A DNA stretch of 36,414 bases from an uncultured bacterium. Lineage in GTDB: Bacteria; Patescibacteriota; Gracilibacteria; UM-FILTER-43-11. Below are positions 24,431 to 31,455 of this stretch, in pieces. Position 1 is the first letter of the stretch; each line of letters begins with the position of its first letter. The DNA is taken from positions 1-36,414 of the forward strand of contig CBDUQG010000001.1 in the NCBI GenBank assembly GCA_965369305.1. Reading direction: 5' to 3'. Below the pieces are notes generated by a model that saw only the letters and a list, made by a program, of their open reading frames with translations, was not told the origin of the DNA and ran no database searches. The translations under genes were made by a program, and so were the position numbers.

Positions 24431-26245
24431 TCAATCTTTCTTCAAAATGGCATGGAAGGCCTCCTGAGGAAGGCTGACGCTACCCATGTCTTTCATGCGT
24501 TTCTTCCCTTTCTTTTGCTTCTGAAGCTGCTTGTTCTTACGACTCACGTCACCTCCATATAATCCAGCAGTTACATCTTTTCTAAAGGCGCTAACCGTCT
24601 CGCGGGCCACTACTTTTCCGCCAATAGCGGCCTGAACGGGAATGGCAAACTGAGCCCTTGGAATGACTTCTTTGAGCTTTTTAGCCAGGCGCCTACCCAG
24701 AGTTTCAGCTTCGGTGCGATGGCACATTACTGCCAGGCTATCAATGCGATCTCCGTGAATTAGAATATCGAGTCGCACCAGATTTTCCTGTCTGAATTCC
24801 AGGAATTCATAGTTCATGGAGGCGTAGCCACTACTCACATTCTTCAACCCGTCATAAAAGTCGATGATTACGGTGGCCAGTGGCATTTCAAAAAGCAGAA
24901 GCACGCGATTCTCATCCATGTAGGTCAGGTTCTTATGAATCCCACGACGATCTTGCACTAGCTTCATCACACCTCCCACTGTGTCTTTTGAACAAACCAC
25001 CTCCATCTTGATCCATGGTTCTTCAAGGGAATCGTAAATCGAGCCGTCAGGAAGCATGGATGGCGACGAAATCGTGACTTGTTCGCCTGATTTCATATTC
25101 ACTTTATAAGACACTGACGGGGCTGTGACGATGATATCCAAATTGTATTCTCGCTCCAGTCGCTCCTGAACAATGTCCATATGAAGGAGGCCCAAAAAGC
25201 CACAGCGGAATCCGGAACCAAGGGCAGGGGATTGATCTGGTTCGTAGTCCAGTGCAGCGTCATTCAGGGTTAATTTTTCAAGAGAATCACGCAGAATCGG
25301 GAAATCATCACCTTCACTACAATAAATACCAGCATACACCATGGGTGTTACCTTCTTGTAGCCAGGAAGTGGCTCAGTTGATTCAAGCTGGCTCTTGTCA
25401 CCCTTCCAGATCGTGTCACCCACGCGTGCCTCACCCACAGACTTAAGGCCGGTTACGACATAACCCACCTCGCCGGGCTTCAATTCCGGCTGAGCTTCGT
25501 ACTTGGGTCTAAAGTAGCCAAGTTCTGTCGCTTCAATATCGGTTTTAGCATTCAAGAAGCGCAGCTTATCACCCTTTTTAAAGGTGCCCGATACCATGCG
25601 CACATAGCTTAGTACCCCACGATAAGTATCGTAAACTGAGTCAAAAACAAGGGCCTTAGCCTCATTGTCATTGGTGATTTCAAGTTGAGAGCGAAGGCCG
25701 CCATCAACGGGGCTAGGTACGCGCTCAATCACAGCCTCTAAAAGTTGCTCCACATTTTGGCCGGTCTTAGCTGACACTTCAATCACTTCTTCACGGGGGA
25801 TTGCCAGCATGTTTTCAATCTCATCCTTAATCCGTTCCGGCTCAGCCTGAGGCATGTCGATCTTGTTCACGACCGGAATAATGGTCAGCTCATGTTCCAT
25901 AGCCATATACAGGTTGGCCAGAGTCTGAGCTTGAATACCCTGCGTTGCATCCACTACCAAAATCGCGCCTTCACAGGCGGCCAAGGAGCGGCTCACCTCA
26001 TAGGTAAAATCCACATGGCCCGGCGTATCGATCAGGTTCAGGATGTAGTCTTTGTAGTCCATGCGAACTGGTTGGAGCTTGATCGTAATGCCGCGTTCCT
26101 GCTCGAGTTCCATAGTGTCCAGCATCTGACCATGTTTCATATCACGTTTGCTGATAGTGCTGGTGATTTCTAAAAACCGGTCAGCAAGAGTTGATTTTCC
26201 GTGATCGATGTGGGCGATGATGCAAAAGTTGCGAATATTTTTCAT
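24431..26245 (-). CDS. lepA: translation elongation factor 4 (LepA)
   Basis: 604-aa ORF with IRNFCIIAHIDHGKSTLADR, DTPGHVDF and NKID. The LepA-specific C-terminal domain ends ...GKKRMKDMGSVSLPQEAFHAILK. Confidence 0.95.
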   Translation of the reverse strand: MKNIRNFCIIAHIDHGKSTLADRFLEITSTISKRDMKHGQMLDTMELEQERGITIKLQPVRMDYKDYILNLIDTPGHVDFTYEVSRSLAACEGAILVVDATQGIQAQTLANLYMAMEHELTIIPVVNKIDMPQAEPERIKDEIENMLAIPREEVIEVSAKTGQNVEQLLEAVIERVPSPVDGGLRSQLEITNDNEAKALVFDSVYDTYRGVLSYVRMVSGTFKKGDKLRFLNAKTDIEATELGYFRPKYEAQPELKPGEVGYVVTGLKSVGEARVGDTIWKGDKSQLESTEPLPGYKKVTPMVYAGIYCSEGDDFPILRDSLEKLTLNDAALDYEPDQSPALGSGFRCGFLGLLHMDIVQERLEREYNLDIIVTAPSVSYKVNMKSGEQVTISSPSMLPDGSIYDSLEEPWIKMEVVCSKDTVGGVMKLVQDRRGIHKNLTYMDENRVLLLFEMPLATVIIDFYDGLKNVSSGYASMNYEFLEFRQENLVRLDILIHGDRIDSLAVMCHRTEAETLGRRLAKKLKEVIPRAQFAIPVQAAIGGKVVARETVSAFRKDVTAGLYGGDVSRKNKQLQKQKKGKKRMKDMGSVSLPQEAFHAILKKD

Positions 26246-26309
26246 GCTTGACTATACTACCACGCCGTAAGCGCCTTAGAAAGGGATAAATAGGGAAAAA
26301 GGCATATGC

Positions 26310-26337
26310 TTGACATATTTAAAAAATAAAGTATAAT
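26310..26337 (+). promoter_or_regulatory. consensus sigma70-type promoter (TTGACA-16-TATAAT)
   Basis: TTGACA lies at 26310-26315, followed by a 16-nt AT-rich spacer and TATAAT at 26332-26337. It lies upstream of the micro-ORF and the P-type ATPase. Confidence 0.65.
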
Positions 26338-26405
26338 AAACAAGAGTTGTCTGTTCTCATTGCTTCTCAAAGTTGTCACTGAGTTCGAAACCAAGCGGAG
26401 GAAAT

Positions 26406-26522
26406 ATGAAAGAGATTCTGATCACCCTTCTCGTTGTCTTCGGCATCTTTCTGGCCATGGGCCTCATGGATCTCTTGATCAACAGAGTCCAAGAGCTCAT
26501 CAGGCGGAATGTGCTGGGATAG
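26406..26522 (+). CDS. 38-aa single-pass transmembrane micro-protein (not in the ORF track)
   Basis: ATG at 26406 is preceded by GGAGG (26397-26401). The translation is MKEILITLLVVFGIFLAMGLMDLLINRVQELIRRNVLG*, a hydrophobic helix followed by a basic tail. It lies between the consensus promoter and the ATPase start. Confidence 0.5.
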   Translation: MKEILITLLVVFGIFLAMGLMDLLINRVQELIRRNVLG

Positions 26523-26606
26523 GAGATCCTTCTCCAACCCGAGAGCCACCAAGATACCGGTGGCTCTTCAACCTATCTTCGTGCTAAAATAGGGCAAAAC
26601 AAAAAG

Positions 26607-29375
26607 ATGTCCGCAAAAAAATATTTCTATCAAATCTCAAAGGAAGAAGCCATTTCTCGGCTCAGTACTCACGCTGAACTCGGTCTTTCAGAAAAGGATG
26701 CTGAAAAAAGACTTCTCAAACATGGGCCCAATGAACTGAAGGAAGGGGAAAGGCGCCCCATTGTCTTTCGTTTCTTCGATCAGTTCAAAGATTTGCTCAT
26801 CATTGTACTCATCATTGCTGCTGGGCTGGCTTACTACCTGGATGACTTCCGAGGTGGAACCATTCTTCTGGCCATCGTTGTCATCAATGCAGGCATCGGT
26901 TTTTATCAGGAATACAAAGCTGAGCGTATCCTCGAATCCCTCAAGCAAATCATTCGGGCTAAAGCCATTGTGATTCGTGACGGCAAGCAGATGGAAATCG
27001 AGCAGTCCCAGCTGGTTCCCGGAGACCTGGTTTATCTCGAAGAAGGGAGTGCTGTGCCAGCGGATATGCGCCTCATTCAGGTCACCAACTTCAGTACCAA
27101 TGACTTCGTACTGACCGGAGAATCCGTTCCCCAAGAAAAATTCTCGGACCTCATCATTGAAAAAGAAACCACCGTCACCAACCAGGATAATCTGGTGTTT
27201 ATGGGGCTGACGGTAGCCAAGGGAAACGCCTACGGCGTGGTTTACGGAACCGGCATGGACACAGCCATTGGCCGAATCGCCCGCCAAACCCAGACCATTC
27301 ATCACGACCTTTCCCCGCTTCAACGAGAGATTAATATTTTGGCTAAATCACTGACTAAGATTGCCGGCGTGATTGCTTTGGCGCTATTTGTCATCAATTT
27401 CTTTCTGAATGTGGATGCCTCGGAAAACATTCGTTTGTCTATTCAGCTCAGCATCCTCTTCGCCGTCAGTGTGGCGGCAGCTTGCGTACCGCAAGGGCTT
27501 CCTGCGCAGATTTCTGTAGCACTGAGCTTGGGCGTGGGAAGGCTGGCCAAAAAGAAGGCCGTGGTCAAAAAGCTCTCATCCGTCGAAACCCTGGGGTCCA
27601 CCACAGTCATTTGCTCGGATAAAACGGGAACGCTGACTAAAAATGAAATGACCATAGTGAGCTGTGTGACAGTTGATTCAATCACAAAAGCCGGTTGTCG
27701 CTTTAGAACCTTCGAGGTCACAGGTGATGGCTATGACCCACGTGGTACCGTGAAAGAAGGGAACAAAAAGATTGGCGCGCTCACCATGGCCTCCCTCAAG
27801 CAGTTCTTCGAAGATGGCTTTTTGGCCTCTAATGGCAGGGTTATGCCACCCGACAAAAATCATCGAGGTTGGCATGCTATTGGTGACCCCACCGAAGCTG
27901 CCTTCACGCCGCTGGTCATGAAAGTGGGGCTAAAGCCGGCTGTCCTAGACGAGCATTTCCCGGAGTTCTTCGAATTACCCTTCGATTCCAACAGGAAGCG
28001 CATGACCATTATCAGAAAGCACAAAGGTAGGAAGATCGGCTACATGAAAGGGGCTCTGGAAAGCGTTTTAGAGGCTTGTAGTCAGGTAAAGCTCTCTAAT
28101 AAGGTTGTGGCCCTAACACCTCAAATGAAGAAGGCTATCTTAAAGGAAGGCGAAAAATTCAGTGCTCAGGCACTTCGCGTTATCGCGCTGTCTTACCGCG
28201 ACTTCAAAAATTCCGACAACACTTTTTCTATCCAAAAAACAGAAAAGGATTTCATCTTTGCCGGTTTTGTGGCCATGATTGACCCACCACGGGCAGGCGT
28301 TAAAGAGGCTATTACCAGTGTTTATAAAGGAGGAATGCGCGTCATGATGATCACTGGGGACAATGAAGTCACAGCCAAAGCCATTGCTGATCGGATTGGC
28401 ATGAAGCACAACAGTGACCCCATGCCTGTTTACAATGGTGATGACATCAAAGCCCTTTCAGACAAAAAACTAAAAAAGATCATGGAGGCTCGCTCGGTGG
28501 TTTTTTCCCGTGTTTCGCCGGAAGACAAGTTCCGTCTGGTTAGCCTTCTTAAGCAGATGGGTGAAGTGGTGGCCGTGACGGGCGATGGGGTGAATGACAC
28601 GCTGAGTCTCAAGAAGTCTGACATTGGTGTAGCGATGGGGAAGATGGGTTCTGAAGTGGCAAAGGAAGCCTCCGAAATTGTGCTTCTCGATGATAACTTC
28701 AGCACGCTCACCCGGGCCGTGGCAGAAGGGCGTACGATTTTTGCCAACCTCAAAAACACCATTCTGGCCTCCATCACATCGAACAACGGCGAACTAACTT
28801 GTGTGCTTCTCGGCTTCATCGGCATTGCCTTTGGGCTTCCTGCACCCATTACTGCCGTGCAGATTCTGGCCATCGACTTGGTCGGTGAAATGCTGCCACT
28901 AACCGCCATGACCTTCGACCCTGCCGAGAAATCTTTGATGGAGAAACCACCTCGTGACCTCAAAGATCACATCATCAAGCGCAGTAGCCTGATCAATCTC
29001 ATCTTCTATGGATTCTGGATGGGGGCCACCGGCTTCTTTAGTTTTTACATGGTCTACAGGTTCGGCTCCGGTAGCGTCGAATCTGGACGGGCCGCGGCTT
29101 ACGTGGGCATCATTTTCTGTCAGTTTATGAACATCCTCTCCCGGCGCACGGAGCGCAGCATTTTTACCAGTTACTTATTTACCAACAAGCAGCTCTGGGG
29201 TTCATTCCTGATTTCAATCGCGGCCATTTCCGTATTGATTTACATTCCCAGTGTGGCCATTTGGTTCGGCTTTGGATCACTCAGTTCAAACGACCTGCTT
29301 TACCCGGTCATCGGTGCCGCCTTTTTCCTCTTCCTTCACGAAATGGGCAAGCTCCTGAATTTTGTCAGACCTTAA
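26607..29375 (+). CDS. cation-transporting P-type ATPase, P2 (SERCA/Na,K-like) subfamily; ion specificity unclear
   Basis: 922-aa ORF with the N-terminal cation ATPase domain (LSEKDAEKRLLKHGPNEL), TGES, the phosphorylation site CSDKTGTLT, MITGDN, the hinge TGDGVNDT and 10 predicted TM segments. The TM4 motif reads VPQGLP instead of PEGL. Confidence 0.92.
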   Translation: MSAKKYFYQISKEEAISRLSTHAELGLSEKDAEKRLLKHGPNELKEGERRPIVFRFFDQFKDLLIIVLIIAAGLAYYLDDFRGGTILLAIVVINAGIGFYQEYKAERILESLKQIIRAKAIVIRDGKQMEIEQSQLVPGDLVYLEEGSAVPADMRLIQVTNFSTNDFVLTGESVPQEKFSDLIIEKETTVTNQDNLVFMGLTVAKGNAYGVVYGTGMDTAIGRIARQTQTIHHDLSPLQREINILAKSLTKIAGVIALALFVINFFLNVDASENIRLSIQLSILFAVSVAAACVPQGLPAQISVALSLGVGRLAKKKAVVKKLSSVETLGSTTVICSDKTGTLTKNEMTIVSCVTVDSITKAGCRFRTFEVTGDGYDPRGTVKEGNKKIGALTMASLKQFFEDGFLASNGRVMPPDKNHRGWHAIGDPTEAAFTPLVMKVGLKPAVLDEHFPEFFELPFDSNRKRMTIIRKHKGRKIGYMKGALESVLEACSQVKLSNKVVALTPQMKKAILKEGEKFSAQALRVIALSYRDFKNSDNTFSIQKTEKDFIFAGFVAMIDPPRAGVKEAITSVYKGGMRVMMITGDNEVTAKAIADRIGMKHNSDPMPVYNGDDIKALSDKKLKKIMEARSVVFSRVSPEDKFRLVSLLKQMGEVVAVTGDGVNDTLSLKKSDIGVAMGKMGSEVAKEASEIVLLDDNFSTLTRAVAEGRTIFANLKNTILASITSNNGELTCVLLGFIGIAFGLPAPITAVQILAIDLVGEMLPLTAMTFDPAEKSLMEKPPRDLKDHIIKRSSLINLIFYGFWMGATGFFSFYMVYRFGSGSVESGRAAAYVGIIFCQFMNILSRRTERSIFTSYLFTNKQLWGSFLISIAAISVLIYIPSVAIWFGFGSLSSNDLLYPVIGAAFFLFLHEMGKLLNFVRP

Positions 29376-29408
29376 AAAAGGAGGGTGCCAGCCGGAGCTG
29401 ACACCCTC
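29374..29408 (-). terminator. intrinsic terminator (minus-strand orientation) shared by the convergent ATPase and tRNA-like genes
   Basis: The minus strand reads GAGGGUG-U-CAGC-UCCG-GCUG-G-CACCCUC followed by C-UUUUUU. This gives 11 bp with one mismatch and a tetraloop. On the plus strand it starts 6 nt after the ATPase stop but lacks a T-tract. Confidence 0.7.
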
Positions 29409-29461
29409 ACAGTGAACGACAGATGTCGTTCGGGAGGGCTCACTGAGAGTCCAGTTTTTCT

Positions 29462-29483
29462 TAGACCGCAGTAAGACCGCAGT
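29462..29483 (-). repeat. 11-nt tandem duplication (ACTGCGGTCTT / ACTGCGGTCTA) starting at the tRNA-like discriminator base
   Basis: Read directly on the minus strand at 29483-29473 and 29472-29462. The two copies are 10/11 identical. Confidence 0.8.
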
Positions 29484-29560
29484 CGGCCTAGCATGGATTT
29501 GAACCAGCGACTCCACTCGGTCTAACCCGAGTTTGCTCTACCGGGCTGAGCTATAGGCCG
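29483..29560 (-). tRNA. tRNA-like gene with non-canonical anticodon arm and bulged T-stem; identity unresolved (UAG or UUA in the loop)
   Basis: The minus strand reads CGGCCUA UA GCUC AGCCCGGUA GAGC AA ACUCG GGUUAGAC CGAGU GGAGUC GCUGG UUCAAAU CCA(U)GC UAGGCCG A. The 7-bp acceptor stem, D-arm (GG in the loop) and T-loop are canonical. The anticodon arm has 18 nt rather than 17, giving either a 5-bp stem with an 8-nt loop or a 6-bp stem with a 6-nt loop. The T-stem needs one bulged U. No CCA is encoded. The gene has its own promoter and terminator. Confidence 0.55.
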
Positions 29561-29570
29561 TCGGTGTGCT

Positions 29571-29599
29571 ATAGTAATCGGGCTTTATTTTGAAGTCAA
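29571..29599 (-). promoter_or_regulatory. candidate promoter of the tRNA-like gene (TTGACT-17-TACTAT); overlaps a plus-strand extended -10 (TGcTATAGT, 29567-29575) for mtaB
   Basis: The minus strand reads TTGACT (29599-29594), a 17-nt spacer, then TACTAT (29576-29571). The -10 ends 10 nt upstream of the tRNA-like 5' end. The same AT-rich block read on the plus strand gives TGCTATAGT, 30 nt upstream of the mtaB ATG. Confidence 0.55.
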
Positions 29600-29605
29600 T
29601 CTTTC

Positions 29606-30850
29606 ATGAAGATTTCGCTGGGAATGACGGGCTGCAAGAACAATCGCTACGAGCTCGACCAGGTCCTTCGTTGGGCGGTTAAAAACGGCGTACCGGTGGT
29701 CAAAGAAGGGGAAGCAGATTATGCCGTGATCAACACCTGCACCGTGACCAGTATTGCCGACAAAAAATCCCGCCAACTGGTGCGCCGCACCAAGAACAGC
29801 AATCCAGGCCTCAAGACCATCGTCTTCGGCTGCGCGGCGCGCATGCAAAAAGAAGCCTTCGAAAAGATCATGGAAGTGGATGTGCTTCTAAACGATCTGC
29901 AGGAAGTTATCAAGTACCTGGAAGCCAACATCGGCGACATGAAAAAATGTGATGAGCCGAGCCTGCTCAAGTCCAGTCATGATTTTTCCCGCTCCCGTGC
30001 CCTGGTACAAATTCAGGATGGTTGTGATAACTACTGTTCTTACTGCATCATTGCCACGGCTCGCGGCAAGTCAGAGAACCGGAGCGAGGAAGACATCATC
30101 GCTGAGATTCAGGAACATGTAGATCATGGCTTTAACGAAGTGGTGCTCACGGGGATAAACATCGGTGGATATGGCGCTAGCCTGACGACCAAGCCTGAAG
30201 AAAACACCTTCGCTGAGCTGATTCAGCGCATCTTCGACGAAACCGATGTCAAGCGCCTTCGCGCCAGCTCGCTTGGCCCTGAATTCTTCAACGAAAAGTG
30301 GTACGAGGTCATGAAGAATCCTCGCTTTTCCAGGCACCTACACCTATCCATCCAATCGGGGAGTACTTCAGTTCTCGAGCGTATGCGCCGCAATTACACG
30401 GCTGAAAAAGTGGCCGAGGTCATAAGCCGAGTAAGAGAATTCGCCCCCAATGTGGCGATCACTTCCGACATCATCGTGGGCTTTCCCGGAGAAACCGACG
30501 CTGAGTTTGAGGAAACGATAAAATTCGTCAAAGACAATAGGCTCGCTAAGGCGCATGTCTTTCCGTATTCAGAAAGGCAAAACACCCTGGCCGCCAAAAT
30601 GGAGCAGCTGCCTGTGCCCGTTCGGCGTGCCCGGGCTAAGAAGCTGCAAGAGATAGCCGACGAGCTCAGGACCGAGTTCATCGAAAGCCAGGTAGGTCAA
30701 AAAGCCCAGGTGCTCTGGGAGCGCTCTCGCATGGCTGGGTGGCAAGAAGGCATGACAGATAACTACGTGCGGGTACGGCTAAAAGAACCTCGCAAACTAA
30801 AAAGCACCACAAAAGAAGTACTGTCGCGGGAGAATATTATATTCGATTAA
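29606..30850 (+). CDS. mtaB: radical SAM methylthiotransferase, MtaB-like (MiaB/RimO family)
   Basis: 414-aa ORF. The N-terminal UPF0004 region carries Cys residues (TGCKNN, INTCTVT, VFGCAA). The radical SAM motif is CDNYCSYC. A C-terminal TRAM-like segment is present (GWQEGMTDNYVRVRL). Confidence 0.85.
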   Translation: MKISLGMTGCKNNRYELDQVLRWAVKNGVPVVKEGEADYAVINTCTVTSIADKKSRQLVRRTKNSNPGLKTIVFGCAARMQKEAFEKIMEVDVLLNDLQEVIKYLEANIGDMKKCDEPSLLKSSHDFSRSRALVQIQDGCDNYCSYCIIATARGKSENRSEEDIIAEIQEHVDHGFNEVVLTGINIGGYGASLTTKPEENTFAELIQRIFDETDVKRLRASSLGPEFFNEKWYEVMKNPRFSRHLHLSIQSGSTSVLERMRRNYTAEKVAEVISRVREFAPNVAITSDIIVGFPGETDAEFEETIKFVKDNRLAKAHVFPYSERQNTLAAKMEQLPVPVRRARAKKLQEIADELRTEFIESQVGQKAQVLWERSRMAGWQEGMTDNYVRVRLKEPRKLKSTTKEVLSRENIIFD

Positions 30851-30897
30851 AAGGAGTGCTCCGCCGTCGATCTCTACGTGAGATGTCGGGCGGAGCA
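30849..30897. terminator. long imperfect hairpin between convergent transcription units (candidate bidirectional terminator)
   Basis: UGCUCCGCC (30857-30865) pairs with GGCGGAGCA (30889-30897), giving 9 bp. An inner AUCUC/GAGAU stem adds 5 bp. On the minus strand it is followed by CUCCUUUUAAU. On the plus strand it begins 7 nt after the mtaB stop but has no T-tract. Confidence 0.45.
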
Positions 30898-30914
30898 GGT
30901 TCTGAGCTTGGCTG

Positions 30915-31151
30915 CTACGACTGGTCTGTCGTGGCTGCCATTGCCAGAGGAGAGGGCGAAACGTCTTTCGCCGATTGGGTGGTGGAACTCTCTTGAGCCC
31001 CGAGAAGATGCCCCCTTTGGGACTTGCGTTCGCGGTCAGCGATCTTTTGGTTGATGAGACCGTCGGCAGCGTCGGGCTGGCTTTCCGGGCCACAATCCAG
31101 TAGCTCGCCAGTGAACGGGTCACGTCGCTCGTAGTATCGTCGTCGACTCAT
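30915..31151 (-). CDS. hypothetical 78-aa protein, weak call inside a GC-rich island (the region may instead be non-coding RNA)
   Basis: ATG at 31151 has GAGGA 11 nt upstream. The translation is MSRRRYYERRDPFTGELLDCGPESQPDAADGLINQK..., which is low-complexity and matches no known motif. A second overlapping minus-strand ORF in another frame shows that ORFs arise easily in this GC-rich segment. Confidence 0.25.
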   Translation of the reverse strand: MSRRRYYERRDPFTGELLDCGPESQPDAADGLINQKIADRERKSQRGHLLGAQESSTTQSAKDVSPSPLAMAATTDQS

Positions 31152-31286
31152 ATTTCTCTGATTCCTCACATTTGGGGTTGTGCTCTTCCGAGCGGGTTTA
31201 AAAGTTAAGAGGTTTACCACACCAAGCTCTTGCAAACCATGCAGGTGTGCAAATAGCTTGAGGTGATGCCAGCGCTTTTAAGGAGC

Positions 31287-31312
31287 AAAAAAAATCCGCC
31301 TCATGTGGCGGA
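31287..31312 (-). terminator. intrinsic terminator (minus strand)
   Basis: The minus strand reads UCCGCC-ACAUGA-GGCGGA followed by U8 (31294-31287). This is a canonical hairpin plus U-tract. Confidence 0.75.
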
Positions 31313-31421
31313 AGTTTGTTCTCGTTTTTTAGACTCTCACAAAACTACGCACCACAACGTGGGTTGGTAATTAGGACCAGTAGGCGAGTCTTCCAAGAGA
31401 ACATCTTCATTGAGATTAACT
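31287..31421 (-). ncRNA. candidate small transcript (~135 nt) delimited by a consensus promoter and an intrinsic terminator; contains a 21-codon ORF (31345-31410)
   Basis: A TTGACA-16-TATAAT promoter upstream places the TSS near 31421, and the terminator ends at 31287. The embedded ORF encodes MKMFSWKTRLLVLITNPRCGA and has no SD. No known RNA family was recognised by eye. Confidence 0.35.
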
Positions 31422-31427
31422 GTGACC

Positions 31428-31455
31428 ATTATATTTACTTCACGGCTCCTGTCAA
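31428..31455 (-). promoter_or_regulatory. consensus sigma70-type promoter on the minus strand (TTGACA-16-TATAAT)
   Basis: The minus strand reads TTGACA (31455-31450), a 16-nt spacer, then TATAAT (31433-31428). It interdigitates with the plus-strand promoter at 31434-31462. Confidence 0.6.

Noticed and set aside
26360-26587. 75-aa plus-strand ORF listed in the track upstream of the ATPase.
   Set aside because: It has a TTG start without an SD and an Arg/Pro/Ser-rich non-protein-like sequence. It overlaps, in another frame, the SD-preceded hydrophobic 38-aa micro-ORF, which is the more plausible reading.
26688-27323. 211-aa minus-strand ORF inside the P-type ATPase gene. Similar long antisense ORFs lie at 28430-28963, 27443-27721 and 28140-28409.
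   Set aside because: They lie entirely antisense to a gene with unambiguous P-type ATPase motifs. Their composition is low-complexity and they have no start context. They are typical shadow ORFs.
30797-31123. 108-aa minus-strand ORF overlapping the mtaB 3' end and the GC-rich island.
   Set aside because: It runs through the terminator-like hairpin and 54 nt into mtaB. It competes with another overlapping ORF in the same GC-rich segment, so it is likely a by-product of high GC.
31174-31196. GGGGTTGTGCTCTTCCGAGCGGG resembles a tmRNA 5' end (GGGG...UUCGAC...GG).
   Set aside because: No matching tRNA-like 3' end (T-arm plus CCACCA-type acceptor) occurs within ~300-400 nt downstream, where the AI-2E transporter gene lies instead. 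No tag-peptide reading frame is evident.
30851-31286. I tested the GC-rich island by eye for RNase P RNA (GAGGAAAGUCCGGGC, ACAGAA...), SRP RNA (GGUCCGGAAGGAAGCAGCC) and retron or group II intron features.
   Set aside because: The conserved cores are absent on both strands. The nearest match, GGCCCGGAAAGCCAGCC, does not form the required GNRA-capped helix. No reverse transcriptase gene lies nearby. The island is therefore left unassigned rather than given a known RNA family.
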